Positions 27,652 to 37,143 of a stretch of 64,000 nt of DNA are shown here, one piece after another (position 1 is the stretch's first letter; every line of letters starts with the position of its first letter). The DNA comes from Chloroflexota bacterium (GTDB lineage: Bacteria > Chloroflexota > Dehalococcoidia > E44-bin15). Location of the stretch: the NCBI GenBank assembly GCA_034189655.1, contig JAXHUE010000001.1, positions 58,022 through 122,021 on the forward strand, given 5' to 3'. A program made the position numbers and the translations under genes. Below the pieces are notes generated by a model. It searched no databases, was not told where the DNA came from, and saw nothing but the letters and a program-made list of their open reading frames with translations.

Positions 27652-28122
27652 TCACGCGATCTCCAGGATTTTGAGCTTGAGCACCCCTGCGGGGGCATCC
27701 ACATCCACCTCGTCGCCCACCCGCCGGCTGAGCAGCGCCCGGCCCACGGGGGACACGTGGGAGATCTTGCCCTCCTCCGGGCTGGCCTCGGCGCTGCCGA
27801 CGATGGTGTAGTGCTCCTCGCGGCCATCTGGGTCGCAGACGGTCACCGTGGAGCCTATCTCCACCCGGTCGGATGCCGCGTCCTCGTGGTGGACGATGAC
27901 GGCATTGCGGATTATCTTCTCCAGCACGAGTATCCTCCCCTCGACGAAGCCCTGCTCGTTCTTGGCCTCCTCGTACTCAGGGGTGTTGACCGTGCTGCGC
28001 AGCTCCTTGGCCCTCTGGATCTTCTCCGCCACCTCGTGACGGCGAACGGTGCGCAGGTATTCCAGCTCCTCCTCCAGCCTGGTCAGGCCCTCAGGGGTGA
28101 GAAACTCCTTCTCCTCGGACAT
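27652..28122 (-). CDS. greA: transcription elongation factor GreA
   Basis: N-terminal coiled coil and FKBP-like C-domain. Start at MSEEKE after GGAAGGAGG. Confidence 0.9.
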   Translation of the reverse strand: MSEEKEFLTPEGLTRLEEELEYLRTVRRHEVAEKIQRAKELRSTVNTPEYEEAKNEQGFVEGRILVLEKIIRNAVIVHHEDAASDRVEIGSTVTVCDPDGREEHYTIVGSAEASPEEGKISHVSPVGRALLSRRVGDEVDVDAPAGVLKLKILEIA

Positions 28123-28146
28123 CCCATCACCTCCTTCCACCCGTCT

Positions 28147-28177
28147 AAAAAAGACTGAAGGTCGCCGACCCTCAGTC
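28147..28177 (-). terminator. intrinsic terminator within greA 5' leader (GraL-like arrangement)
   Basis: Minus strand: GC-rich hairpin GACUGAGGGUCG...CGACCUUCAGUC followed by UUUUUU, ending about 25 nt upstream of the greA ATG and downstream of a TTTACA-N17-TATAAT promoter. Confidence 0.55.
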
Positions 28178-28210
28178 CCCGATACTAGTATTATGAATGA
28201 ACGATACCCT

Positions 28211-28239
28211 ATTATAACTGCAAACGCGCCAGTTGTAAA
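28211..28239 (-). promoter_or_regulatory. greA promoter TTTACA-N17-TATAAT
   Basis: Minus-strand read: TTTACA actggcgcgtttgcagt TATAAT. Confidence 0.5.
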
Positions 28240-28331
28240 GCCCCATTTGTGTCGAGTGCCCTTTCGTGGTACAATGGCACTGATGACGATGCCTTATCGA
28301 TTATGCATCCCTATATCGCACACGCAACCTC

Positions 28332-28359
28332 TTGACTCCATCACCATTCTCCGTATAAT
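28332..28359 (+). promoter_or_regulatory. promoter TTGACT-N16-TATAAT for rsmD-coaD
   Basis: Seen directly. Near-consensus hexamers 14 nt before the ATG at 28373 (very short leader). Confidence 0.55.
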
Positions 28360-28372
28360 GTAAAGTCAGTCC

Positions 28373-28960
28373 ATGGCACAAGGGTCGGTGCAGAAGCCCA
28401 TTTTGAGGATGCGCATCATTGCCGGTAAGGCCAGGGGAATGCCCATCAAGGCGGCCAAGGGCGTTTCCATCCGGCCTACCTCAGACCTGGTTCGAGGTGC
28501 GATCTTTTCCATCCTGGAATCGATGCCTGCCGGGTGGTCTTCAGTGCTCGACCTCTACGCCGGCACAGGCTCCATGGGCATTGAGGCACTCAGCCGGGGC
28601 GCCGAGTGGGTCGACTTCGTGGAGCAGAACCCCAGGTGCTGCTCCGCCATCAAGGAGAACCTGGCACAGTGCGGGCTTGCGGCGCAGGCCCACGTGTGCT
28701 GTTGCAGCGTAACGAAGGCCCTGGCCTCCCTCCATAAGAGGTACGACATAGTCATAATGGGCCCACCATATCGGGAACGTTCAGTGATCGATGCCTTAGC
28801 GCAGCTCGCCACCTCGACCCTGGTAGGGCCAGGGTCCATCGTCGTAGTGGAGCACTCCTACCGACTCCCCTTGAGCCCAGCCTACGGCGACCTCCACCTA
28901 GCCAAAGAGCGCCGCCACGGCGATACCTGCATCTCTATATATCAGCAGGAGGGAGACTAG
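28373..28960 (+). CDS. rsmD: 16S rRNA (guanine966-N2)-methyltransferase RsmD-like
   Basis: Small SAM-dependent methyltransferase with GPPY motif. Conserved linkage immediately upstream of coaD. Confidence 0.8.
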   Translation: MAQGSVQKPILRMRIIAGKARGMPIKAAKGVSIRPTSDLVRGAIFSILESMPAGWSSVLDLYAGTGSMGIEALSRGAEWVDFVEQNPRCCSAIKENLAQCGLAAQAHVCCCSVTKALASLHKRYDIVIMGPPYRERSVIDALAQLATSTLVGPGSIVVVEHSYRLPLSPAYGDLHLAKERRHGDTCISIYQQEGD

Positions 28961-28962
28961 CT

Positions 28963-29442
28963 TTGGTTATTGCCATCTACCCCGGCAGCTTCGACCCGGT
29001 TACCAATGGTCACGTGGACATCGCGGAGCGGGCGTCATTCCTCTTCGATGAGCTGGTGGTGGCCGTCTACGACGCCCCGCCCAAGCACCTCCTGTTCACC
29101 ACGGAGGAGCGGGTAGCGCTGATGAAGGAGGCCACGAGACACATCCCCAACGCCCGGGTGGTATCCTACACCGGCCTCACCGTCGAGATAGCCCGCAAGA
29201 TGCTGGCCAAGGTCATCGTCCGTGGCCTAAGGATGAGCTCCGACTTCGAGAGGGAGTTCGAGATGGCCTTGATGAACAAGAAGCTCGTCCCCGACCTGGA
29301 GCTGGTGTGCTTCATGACCAAGCTGGAGTTCGAGTTCATCAGCTCCAGCCTGCTCAAGGAGGTCGCCCGGCTCGGCGGCAACATAGATGACCTGGTACCC
29401 AGCAACGTCGCCCGGGCCCTAAAGGAGAAGTTTGGCTGCTGA
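28963..29442 (+). CDS. coaD: phosphopantetheine adenylyltransferase
   Basis: N-terminus IAIYPGSFDPVTNGH (HxGH nucleotidyltransferase motif). TTG start after AGGAGGGAG. Confidence 0.9.
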   Translation: MVIAIYPGSFDPVTNGHVDIAERASFLFDELVVAVYDAPPKHLLFTTEERVALMKEATRHIPNARVVSYTGLTVEIARKMLAKVIVRGLRMSSDFEREFEMALMNKKLVPDLELVCFMTKLEFEFISSSLLKEVARLGGNIDDLVPSNVARALKEKFGC

Positions 29443-29560
29443 AAGGACCCACCCTCCATCAGCGACACACGCCGCGGGCCAGACCTCACCATGCCCCTCA
29501 GCGCTGCACTGCCCTGCCTGTGGATACCGCTCGCACCGCGCCGCAGAGGAAGGAGTCTAG

Positions 29561-30751
29561 ATGGCACAGGCCCTGTCACATATCAAGGTGTTAGACCTGG
29601 GCCACCACATCGCCGGTCCCTACTGTAGCCGCCTCCTCGCCGACTACGGCGCAGAGGTGATAAAGGTAGAGATGCCCGGCGAGGGCGACGGGGCACGGAG
29701 GCAGGGGCCCTTCCTACACGATGTGCCCCACCCGGAGAAGAGCGGCCTGTTCCTCTACTTAAACTACAACAAGAGGGCCATCACCCTGAACTTGAAGACC
29801 GATAGCGGCAGGAAGCTCTTCAAGGAGCTGGTGAGGGATGCCGACGTCCTGGTAGAGAACTTCGAGCCCCGGGTGATGGCCGGGCTGGGACTGGACTACC
29901 GGGCACTGGAGGAGATAAACCCCAGGCTGGTCATGACGTCTATCTCCAACTTCGGCCAGAGCGGGCCCTACCGCGATTTCAAGGCGAGCGAGCTCGTGGT
30001 CTACGCCATGGGCGGCCTGATGTACATCATCGGCGCCTACGACCGCGAGCCCCTAAAGCACGGGCTCTCCCAGGGCCAGTACCTCGCGGCGGCCACCGCG
30101 GCCTCCGCCACCATGGCCGCCATCTACGCCCGCGGCGACGAGGGGGTGGGCCAGCACGTCGATGTTGCCATCGCCGAGTCCATCATGATGGGCATGTTCA
30201 TGCACGCCGGGCCCTACGGCTACCAGGGCGCGGTGATGAGGAGACAGCCCAAGGTGGGCGCCATCTTCGACGACGTGATGACGACCAAGGACGGCTACAT
30301 CGCCCCCGTCTTCTACGGCTACGTGGACTGGGATGCCTTCTCCCGCTTCATGGACTGCCCCGAGCTCGCCGACCCCAAGTTCGGAAGCCTCGCCGGCCGT
30401 CTCATGAACTCGGCGGAGTTCGAGGCACTGCTCCTGCCCAAGATCGCCCAGTGGTACAAGGACGACCTGTTCCACGCCGCCCAGGAGTGGCGTTTCGCCT
30501 TCGGCATAGTCAACACACCAGAGGACCTGGTTAAGTGTCCCCAGCTTCAGGAGAGGGGCTTCTTCGTCGATATCGACCACCCGCTGGCGGGCAGGCTCAC
30601 CTACCCGGGCCCACCCTTCAAGATGAGCCAGACGCCGGCCCAGGTGCACAGGGCGGCCCCCCTCATGGGACAGCACAACGAGGAGGTCTACGGCGCCCTG
30701 GGATACACCAGGGCAGACCTCGTCGCATTGAGGGAGAGGGGGGTCATCTGA
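29561..30751 (+). CDS. CoA transferase family III (CaiB/BaiF family)
   Basis: 396 aa. KVLDLGHHIAGPYCSRLLADYGAEVIKVE N-terminus. Paralog of the other CaiB genes. Confidence 0.9.
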   Translation: MAQALSHIKVLDLGHHIAGPYCSRLLADYGAEVIKVEMPGEGDGARRQGPFLHDVPHPEKSGLFLYLNYNKRAITLNLKTDSGRKLFKELVRDADVLVENFEPRVMAGLGLDYRALEEINPRLVMTSISNFGQSGPYRDFKASELVVYAMGGLMYIIGAYDREPLKHGLSQGQYLAAATAASATMAAIYARGDEGVGQHVDVAIAESIMMGMFMHAGPYGYQGAVMRRQPKVGAIFDDVMTTKDGYIAPVFYGYVDWDAFSRFMDCPELADPKFGSLAGRLMNSAEFEALLLPKIAQWYKDDLFHAAQEWRFAFGIVNTPEDLVKCPQLQERGFFVDIDHPLAGRLTYPGPPFKMSQTPAQVHRAAPLMGQHNEEVYGALGYTRADLVALRERGVI

Positions 30752-30753
30752 CC

Positions 30754-32124
30754 ATGAGCGGTAAGCCACTCTCTGGAGTCCGTATCCTCGACCTGGGGGC
30801 GGCGTGGGCCATCCCCATCGCCACCAGGCACCTGGCCATGCTGGGGGCAGAGGTGATCCACATCGAGTCCTGTGCCCGCCCCGATGTGAGCAGGTACGGG
30901 CAGCACGCCGAGAACACCACCGAGGGCCGCTTCTGGGAGACCGGCGGCCGCCACAACCACATCAACATGAACAAGAAGGCCATCACCCTGGACCTGACCA
31001 GGGACGAGGGCGTGCGCCTGTTCAAGGAGCTGGTGAAGATAAGCGACGTAGTGGCGGAGAACTTCTCGCCGCGGGTGATGAGGAACCTGGGCCTGCACTA
31101 CGAGGCGCTGCGGGAGATACGGCCCGACCTCATCATGATATCCTCCAGTGGCTTCGGCCACAGCGGCCCGTGGGCCCACTACGGCGCGTGGGGGATGGGC
31201 ATGGAGCCCACCGGCGGCATCAGCCACTTCACCGGCTACATCGAGGGGCGCCCCATCAAGTCGGGCATACCCTATACCGATATCCCCAGCGCCATGCACG
31301 GCACCCTGGCCATGCTCATCGCCCTCGACTACCGCCGCCGCAGCGGCGAGGGCCAGTTCATCGACCTCTCGCAGAACGAGGTATCGGTCCAGCAGATCGG
31401 CGAGGCCATCATGGACTACACCATGAACGGCAGGGCGCAGGCCCGCATGGGCAACCGCCACCCCTCGATGGCCCCCCACGGCTGCTATCGCAGCCAGGGC
31501 AACGATAAGTGGATAGCCATCGCGGTATCGAGCGACGAGGAGTGGCAGGCCCTGTGCCACGCCATGGGAGACCCTCCGTGGAGCAGCGAGGAGCGCTTCA
31601 AGGATGCCCTCTCCCGGTGGCACAACCAGGACGAGCTCGACAGGCTCATCGAGGAGTGGACCGAGGCCAGGGACCACCACGAGACGATGCACACCCTGCA
31701 GCGGGCGGGCGTCCCCTGCGGGGCGGTGCTCACCCCCAAGGAGCTCTTCCTCGACCCCCACTACAGAGAGCGGGGCTACATACAGATGGTGGCCCACCCC
31801 AGGGAGGAGGGCATGGAGCACCTGGGGACAAGGCCGTACATTGGCTTCCCCTGGAAGATGTCCCGGACGGAGACCACCCTCGAGCGCTCACCCATCCTCG
31901 GTGAGCACAACGAGTACGTCTTCGGCGAGCTCCTGGGGCTGCCCCGCGAGGAGATGGAGAAGCTCGAGCGCGAGGGCATCATCGGCAGAGAGCCCCTCTC
32001 CATGGAGCCCACGTCGGTGGGCTCGACCATAGTGCCCCTCTCCCTGATGAAGGAGATGGGCCGCATCGAGGAGTGGGACGAGGACTTCCACCAGATACTG
32101 GGCCTCGACACGGGGCCGCCGTGA
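30754..32124 (+). CDS. CoA transferase family III (CaiB/BaiF family)
   Basis: Start at the ATG at 30754, 3 nt after the upstream stop. The upstream 70-aa extension in the track ORF (overlapping the preceding gene in another frame) was rejected. Confidence 0.9.
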   Translation: MSGKPLSGVRILDLGAAWAIPIATRHLAMLGAEVIHIESCARPDVSRYGQHAENTTEGRFWETGGRHNHINMNKKAITLDLTRDEGVRLFKELVKISDVVAENFSPRVMRNLGLHYEALREIRPDLIMISSSGFGHSGPWAHYGAWGMGMEPTGGISHFTGYIEGRPIKSGIPYTDIPSAMHGTLAMLIALDYRRRSGEGQFIDLSQNEVSVQQIGEAIMDYTMNGRAQARMGNRHPSMAPHGCYRSQGNDKWIAIAVSSDEEWQALCHAMGDPPWSSEERFKDALSRWHNQDELDRLIEEWTEARDHHETMHTLQRAGVPCGAVLTPKELFLDPHYRERGYIQMVAHPREEGMEHLGTRPYIGFPWKMSRTETTLERSPILGEHNEYVFGELLGLPREEMEKLEREGIIGREPLSMEPTSVGSTIVPLSLMKEMGRIEEWDEDFHQILGLDTGPP

Positions 32125-32203
32125 GTCCGGTAAACGCCAGGAGGTGACGCGGTGTAGAGCGAGCGCGCTATCGAGACGGCAAACGATAAAGGAGGTACCA
32201 AAG

Positions 32204-32479
32204 GTGGCCTTTAAGATCACAGAGGAGTGCATCAGCTGCGGGGCGTGCGAGGCGGAGTGCAAGAACGAGGCTATATCCGAGGGCGACACCATCTACGTGA
32301 TCGACCCGGACAAGTGCACCGAGTGCGTCGGCTGGTTCGCCGAGCAGCGCTGCGCCGAGGTATGCCCCATCGATAACTGCTGCATACCGGACCCAGCGCA
32401 CGCAGAGACCAAAGAGCAGCTTCTGGCCAAGTGGCGGAAGCAGAACCCCGGTGAGGAGCCCGCTCCCGGCACGTTCTAG
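32204..32479 (+). CDS. 4Fe-4S ferredoxin (YfhL-like)
   Basis: CISCGACEAEC and CTECVGW...CAEVCP cluster motifs. GTG start at 32204 after AAAGGAGG. Confidence 0.7.
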   Translation: MAFKITEECISCGACEAECKNEAISEGDTIYVIDPDKCTECVGWFAEQRCAEVCPIDNCCIPDPAHAETKEQLLAKWRKQNPGEEPAPGTF

Positions 32480-32599
32480 CGAGCACGTAGCGGACAGGAG
32501 CGGCCTCTCCCCGGCCAGATACGTGGCACCTCGACCCACGGCGAAGGTGCACGGTGCCATTCATTGCTTCCTTGGAATGGCGCGGTGGGTGTAGTGTTG

Positions 32600-33352
32600 C
32601 TACTTTCGGCCGACGACCAGCGCCTGAAACCCGATGAGCGAGTTCAAGGCCGGGCTCTCGACATGGTAGAGCCCTGTCCTGCAGAAGAGGGTGAGCAGCC
32701 TCTGCGCCCACTTCTGCAGCGGCGGAGGGGCCGCCTGGTCAAGGAAGAAGGCCTTGAGCATGTAGAACTGGCAGCCGAAGGCAAAGCCATCGCTGGCCAC
32801 CGGGCGGAGGCCAGCGCGTGCCATGAGCCGCGATAGCTCAAAGGTGGAGAGGCTGGCCTCAGGGTAGAAGAGGAAGCGCTTCCCCAGAAGGAGCTTGGTG
32901 AGCGAGTGCACCACGGCGAACTTGTTGGGCGTGGAGATGAGCACGATGCCACCGCGGCGACAGACCCTGGCGTGCTCCCTCACCATCTCCTGCGACCTCT
33001 CGATGGGGAAGTGCTCGATCACACCCTCTGAGTAGACCACATCGAAGCTCTCGTCGCGGAAGGGCAGGGCAAAGCCAGTGCCGCGCACCGCCTCGACCTC
33101 GGCCCCGTTCAAGCGGGAGTAGTGAGGTATGGAGGCAAAGGCCCCGTCGTTCACGTCTACGCCCACGCCGCTGCAGTCCAGCTCCCCGCAGATGCGGGTC
33201 AGTATGCGGCCGGAGCCGAAGCCCACCTCCAGCACCCGCGACCGGGGAGGGATGTACTTCTTGAAGCCCCTGTAGGCGTAGGGGAAATGCCAGATATCGC
33301 CCTCAAGCCACTCCGGCACATAGAGCCAGCATGGCGTTTGCTCACGGGACAT
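32600..33352 (-). CDS. class I SAM-dependent methyltransferase
   Basis: Motif I VLEVGFGSGR and acidic post-motif residues. 250 aa. Confidence 0.75.
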   Translation of the reverse strand: MSREQTPCWLYVPEWLEGDIWHFPYAYRGFKKYIPPRSRVLEVGFGSGRILTRICGELDCSGVGVDVNDGAFASIPHYSRLNGAEVEAVRGTGFALPFRDESFDVVYSEGVIEHFPIERSQEMVREHARVCRRGGIVLISTPNKFAVVHSLTKLLLGKRFLFYPEASLSTFELSRLMARAGLRPVASDGFAFGCQFYMLKAFFLDQAAPPPLQKWAQRLLTLFCRTGLYHVESPALNSLIGFQALVVGRK

Positions 33353-33364
33353 CGCGCTCCTTGA

Positions 33365-33724
33365 CTAGCATGTGATGTGGATGATGGCGGCCACTTTCTT
33401 CCCCTCGCCGACGCCCTGGTTCCACCGCTCCACCGCCTGGTGAGAGGGGAGGACAGAGAGCTCCACGTTCATCTGCCGGGCGTGGCCCCTCACCTCGTCG
33501 GAGACGTTGGCCTTCGAGTCGGTGCCGATGCCCACTATGACCTGCTCCGCCCCCTCCCTGGCGAGGGCCTCGATCTCCTCCTTCTTGAAGGTGTGGTCGC
33601 CGAACATCCAGAAGCCGCCCTTCCTCACCGTCACCGTTCCGTCGGGGCCAAAGATGAGGTCGCGCCGGTACTTCTTGCCGTCGACCACGATAGAGCCGAA
33701 GCTGAAGCTGTCTATCCTGGCCAT
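33365..33724 (-). CDS. Mth938-like domain protein (DUF498)
   Basis: 119 aa, with the family-typical SFGSIVVDGKKY start and HITC end. Confidence 0.6.
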   Translation of the reverse strand: MARIDSFSFGSIVVDGKKYRRDLIFGPDGTVTVRKGGFWMFGDHTFKKEEIEALAREGAEQVIVGIGTDSKANVSDEVRGHARQMNVELSVLPSHQAVERWNQGVGEGKKVAAIIHITC

Positions 33725-33845
33725 TGCCGAAACCTCCTCTACCGGGCCAAAGGCCCGACTCCCACCTTCACAAAAAACCAGGCTGCCCCATCCTGGGGGT
33801 ACCCTGCCCCGTGCCGCACTGCCCGCCGCACCACCAGCCGGGTCA

Positions 33846-34331
33846 CTACTGGAAGAACTGGCTCACCACGTCGAACTCCGCGGGGAGCAGTGCCAGGATG
33901 GCGGGGAACCTGCCCAGGAGAAACGCGGCTATGCCCGACTGCTGCACCACCTCGACCCCGAGCTGGAACTTGACACAGGCGGCAAGGATGGCCGCCGTCA
34001 TGATGGCGCCCAGCAGCAGCCCCAGGATGCCCCCTCCGAGCATGTCCGCCCAGCCCAGGTACATCCTCCTCAGCAGTCTCTTTAAGAGCAGGGCCAGGAT
34101 GATGGCGACGATAAGGACCACGACAACGATGATGGCAAAGGCCGTCCACTTGGCATACTCCGGGTTGTCGATGGGCAGCCAGCCCCCGACCACGTTGTAG
34201 TATCTCCCCGCGAGCACGATGCCCCCGATGAGGCCGGCGAGGGGCAGTATCGTGCTTATCATCCCACGCCACACCCCCAGGAGCGTTGACAGCACCAGGA
34301 ACACTATGATCAGTATATCGAGCCAGTGCAC
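33846..34331 (-). CDS. CvpA-family membrane protein
   Basis: Four predicted TM helices. GTG start at 34331 after GGAAGGAGG gives the typical HWLDILII N-terminus. Confidence 0.7.
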   Translation of the reverse strand: MHWLDILIIVFLVLSTLLGVWRGMISTILPLAGLIGGIVLAGRYYNVVGGWLPIDNPEYAKWTAFAIIVVVVLIVAIILALLLKRLLRRMYLGWADMLGGGILGLLLGAIMTAAILAACVKFQLGVEVVQQSGIAAFLLGRFPAILALLPAEFDVVSQFFQ

Positions 34332-34458
34332 GAGCGCCTCCTTCCCCACTATTTAATTGGCATCTCCGGTGCCCCACGACGAAAAGAGTGCATGCGCAGT
34401 GCAACGCTGCGCCGGACACCAGTTTACCACATTAAGCCCTGCCGGGCAAAAACCCCCA

Positions 34459-34512
34459 TTGACAACGGGACGGGAATGGGTCATAATGTTATTGCAAATA
34501 GTTCTCATTATC
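34459..34512 (+). promoter_or_regulatory. fur-feoAB promoter TTGACA-N17-CATAAT with overlapping Fur-box-like AT-rich repeat
   Basis: TTGACA 34459..34464, CATAAT 34482..34487. TCATAATGTTATTGCAAATAGTTCTCATTATC resembles GATAAT/ATTATC Fur-box hexamers. Confidence 0.5.
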
Positions 34513-34540
34513 CATTAAACCCCGACGGGGGAGGGCGACC

Positions 34541-34945
34541 ATGGAGACAGCGCAGTTCGGGGGACAGAGGCTCACCAGCCAGAGGAGACTGCTCATAGAT
34601 ATACTGAGCAACGCGCAGGGACACCTGGATGCCGATGAGCTCTACCGCCAGGCCCGGGAGCGGGACCCGCGGATAAGCCTGTCCACGGTCTATCGCACAC
34701 TGCGCCTCTTCAAGGAGGCCGGGATGGTCGAGGAGCGCCGCCTCGGAGAGGGGCACCACCACTACGAGAGAAAGGGCGAGAGAGAGCACCACCACATCGT
34801 GTGCCTCGACTGCGGAAAGGTGCTGGAGTTCGAGTCACCCCTCACCGACAGGCTGAAGGAGGAGGTGAGCTCGATGAGCGGCTTCGAGGTGGTGAGCGCC
34901 GAGCTCTACATGGACGGCTACTGCCATCTGTGCCGTCGGGGATAG
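34541..34945 (+). CDS. fur: Fur-family metalloregulator
   Basis: N-terminal winged helix. The HHHxxxC and CxxC metal sites are characteristic of the Fur family. Located directly upstream of feoAB. Confidence 0.8.
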   Translation: METAQFGGQRLTSQRRLLIDILSNAQGHLDADELYRQARERDPRISLSTVYRTLRLFKEAGMVEERRLGEGHHHYERKGEREHHHIVCLDCGKVLEFESPLTDRLKEEVSSMSGFEVVSAELYMDGYCHLCRRG

Positions 34946-35036
34946 GGGTGCCGCGGTGGCTGGCAGTGCCACCTCGTAAGATGGGTGCAGCAACCATGAT
35001 AGGTATCACCAGCCAAGTTAAGGGAAAGGCCACTGG

Positions 35037-35291
35037 ATGAGCGAGAAGGTCTCAACTACACTGCGACAGATGCGAGCGGGGCAGAGCGGCACCGTGAGCC
35101 AGATAGCGGGCGGACACGGGCTTACAAACCGCTTGAACTCCCTGGGTATCAGGCCAGGGCGAAAGATAACCAAGCTGAGCGCCATGATGATGCGAGGGCC
35201 AGTGACGGTACAGGTAGGCCAGAGCCAGGTCGCCATTGGCTTCGGGATGGCAGGAAAGATAATCGTCTCCCTTGACGGGGACAAGCCGTGA
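35037..35291 (+). CDS. feoA: ferrous iron transport protein A
   Basis: 84-aa SH3-like FeoA (LRQMRAGQSGTV...). Confidence 0.85.
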   Translation: MSEKVSTTLRQMRAGQSGTVSQIAGGHGLTNRLNSLGIRPGRKITKLSAMMMRGPVTVQVGQSQVAIGFGMAGKIIVSLDGDKP

Positions 35292-35356
35292 GCCCCCCCC
35301 ACCCGGAAGGCGGGGAGGGAGACGTCCACCCTCCTCGGCCCAGGAGGGTCCTCCTC

Positions 35357-37048
35357 ATGGGGAACCCCAACGTGGGCAAGAGCGTCTTCTTCTCCCGCGT
35401 CACCGGGATAAAGGTCATCGCCTCCAACTACCCCGGCACCACCGTCGGCTTCACCAGGGGCTCCATGAAGCTGGGCGGGGATGAAGTCGAGGTCATCGAC
35501 GTCCCCGGCGCCTACACCCTGGAGCCCACGAACAAGGCCGAAGAGGTGGCAGCGGCCATGCTCGCCGACGGCGACCTGGTGATAGACGTCGTCGACGCCA
35601 CCAACCTCGAGCGCAACCTCTACCTCACGCTGGAGCTCCTGGAGCACGACATACCGCTCGTGGTGGCCTTAAACGTCTGGGACGACACCGAGCACCGGGG
35701 GATCAAGATCGACGTCGCCAGGCTGGAGGAGCTACTCGGCGTCCCCGTGGTTCCCACGGTGGCGGTGAGCGGCCAGGGGATAAAGGAGCTGGTAGAGCGC
35801 CTCCCAGAGGCGGCGTCCCCCGACGTGCCCGCCCGCACCCACGACGAGCGGTGGGTGGCCATCGGCACCATCGTCTCCGAGGTGCAGCAGATAACCCACC
35901 GCCACCACACCTGGCGGGAGCGATTGCAGGACGCATCGATAAAGCCCACGACCGGTCTCCCCCTCGCTGCGCTCATCATCGCGGCCTCATTCTTCATCAT
36001 CCGCATCATCGGCGAGGGCTTAATCGGCTACGTCATGGAGCCCCTCTTCGAGGGCCTGTGGGCCCCGCTCATGCTGAGGCTGAGCGCCCTCCTGGGGGGC
36101 TCGGGCTTCTGGCACGATATACTCATCGGCCAGCTCTTCAACGGGGAGATAGACTTCTTCCAGTCGCTCGGGGTGCTCACCACGGGGCTGTTCATCCCCT
36201 TTGGCGCCGTGCTCCCCTACATCCTCTCCTTCTACCTGGTGCTGGGCATCATGGAGGACGTGGGCTACCTGCCCCGCCTGGGGGTACTCCTGGACAACCT
36301 CATGCACCGCATCGGCCTGCACGGGTACGCCATCATCCCCACCATGCTGGGCCTGGGGTGCAGCGTGCCGGCTATCATGGCCACGAGGGTGCTGGAGAGC
36401 CGCCGCGAGCGGTTCATCGCCGCCACCCTGATCTCCATCGCCATACCCTGCGCCGCGTCCCAGGCCATGATCATCGGCCTGGTGGGGGCACAGGGGGGAC
36501 AGTACGTCGCCATGGTCTACGGCACCCTGTTCGCGGTGTGGCTGGTGCTGGGCTTCATCCTGAACCGCACGGTGCGGGGCTTCAGCCCAGAGCTCTTAAT
36601 CGAGATACCCAGCTACCGGCTGCCCCCGTGGCGGGCCGTCCTCTCCAAGCTGTGGATGAGGGTCTACGGCTTCATCCGCGAGGCCCTGCCTATAATCCTG
36701 CTCGCCATCTTCGTCATCGGCGTCCTCCACACCATCGGCGTCTTCGACTTCATCGCCGCCATCGCCGCCCCACTGGTGAGCGGGGTCTTCGGGCTGCCTC
36801 AGGAGGCCGTGGTGGCCATCGTGGTCGGCTTCTTCCGCAAGGATGTCGCCATCGGCCTCCTGGCACCGCTGAGCTTAAGCGCAGGGCAACTGGTGATAGG
36901 CTCCGTGGTGCTCACCATGTTCTTCCCCTGCATCGCCGCCTTCGTGGTGCTGGCCCGCGAGCTCGGCTTAAAGGGCCTGCTCGGCGCCATGGGTATCATG
37001 ATCGCCGCCACCGTGATCGTGGGCGGGCTCTTGAACCTCGCCCTGTAG
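35357..37048 (+). CDS. feoB: ferrous iron transport protein B
   Basis: N-terminal G-domain (GNPNVGKS, DVPG, NVWD), then a polytopic membrane domain. Start set to the ATG at 35357 after AGGAGG; the track extends it upstream. Confidence 0.9.
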   Translation: MGNPNVGKSVFFSRVTGIKVIASNYPGTTVGFTRGSMKLGGDEVEVIDVPGAYTLEPTNKAEEVAAAMLADGDLVIDVVDATNLERNLYLTLELLEHDIPLVVALNVWDDTEHRGIKIDVARLEELLGVPVVPTVAVSGQGIKELVERLPEAASPDVPARTHDERWVAIGTIVSEVQQITHRHHTWRERLQDASIKPTTGLPLAALIIAASFFIIRIIGEGLIGYVMEPLFEGLWAPLMLRLSALLGGSGFWHDILIGQLFNGEIDFFQSLGVLTTGLFIPFGAVLPYILSFYLVLGIMEDVGYLPRLGVLLDNLMHRIGLHGYAIIPTMLGLGCSVPAIMATRVLESRRERFIAATLISIAIPCAASQAMIIGLVGAQGGQYVAMVYGTLFAVWLVLGFILNRTVRGFSPELLIEIPSYRLPPWRAVLSKLWMRVYGFIREALPIILLAIFVIGVLHTIGVFDFIAAIAAPLVSGVFGLPQEAVVAIVVGFFRKDVAIGLLAPLSLSAGQLVIGSVVLTMFFPCIAAFVVLARELGLKGLLGAMGIMIAATVIVGGLLNLAL

Positions 37049-37143
37049 CCCGGCCGCGGCGAAACGCTTGACATTTCCCCCCCAGGCCTTACCATAGTAG
37101 CGGGCAGGGCCAGACCAGTTCACGGAGGGGGTACCTCTCAGAG

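Noticed and set aside
30535-30753. N-terminal extension of the second tandem CaiB ORF
   Set aside because: Overlaps the 3' end of the preceding CaiB in a different frame. ATG at 30754 directly follows the upstream stop.
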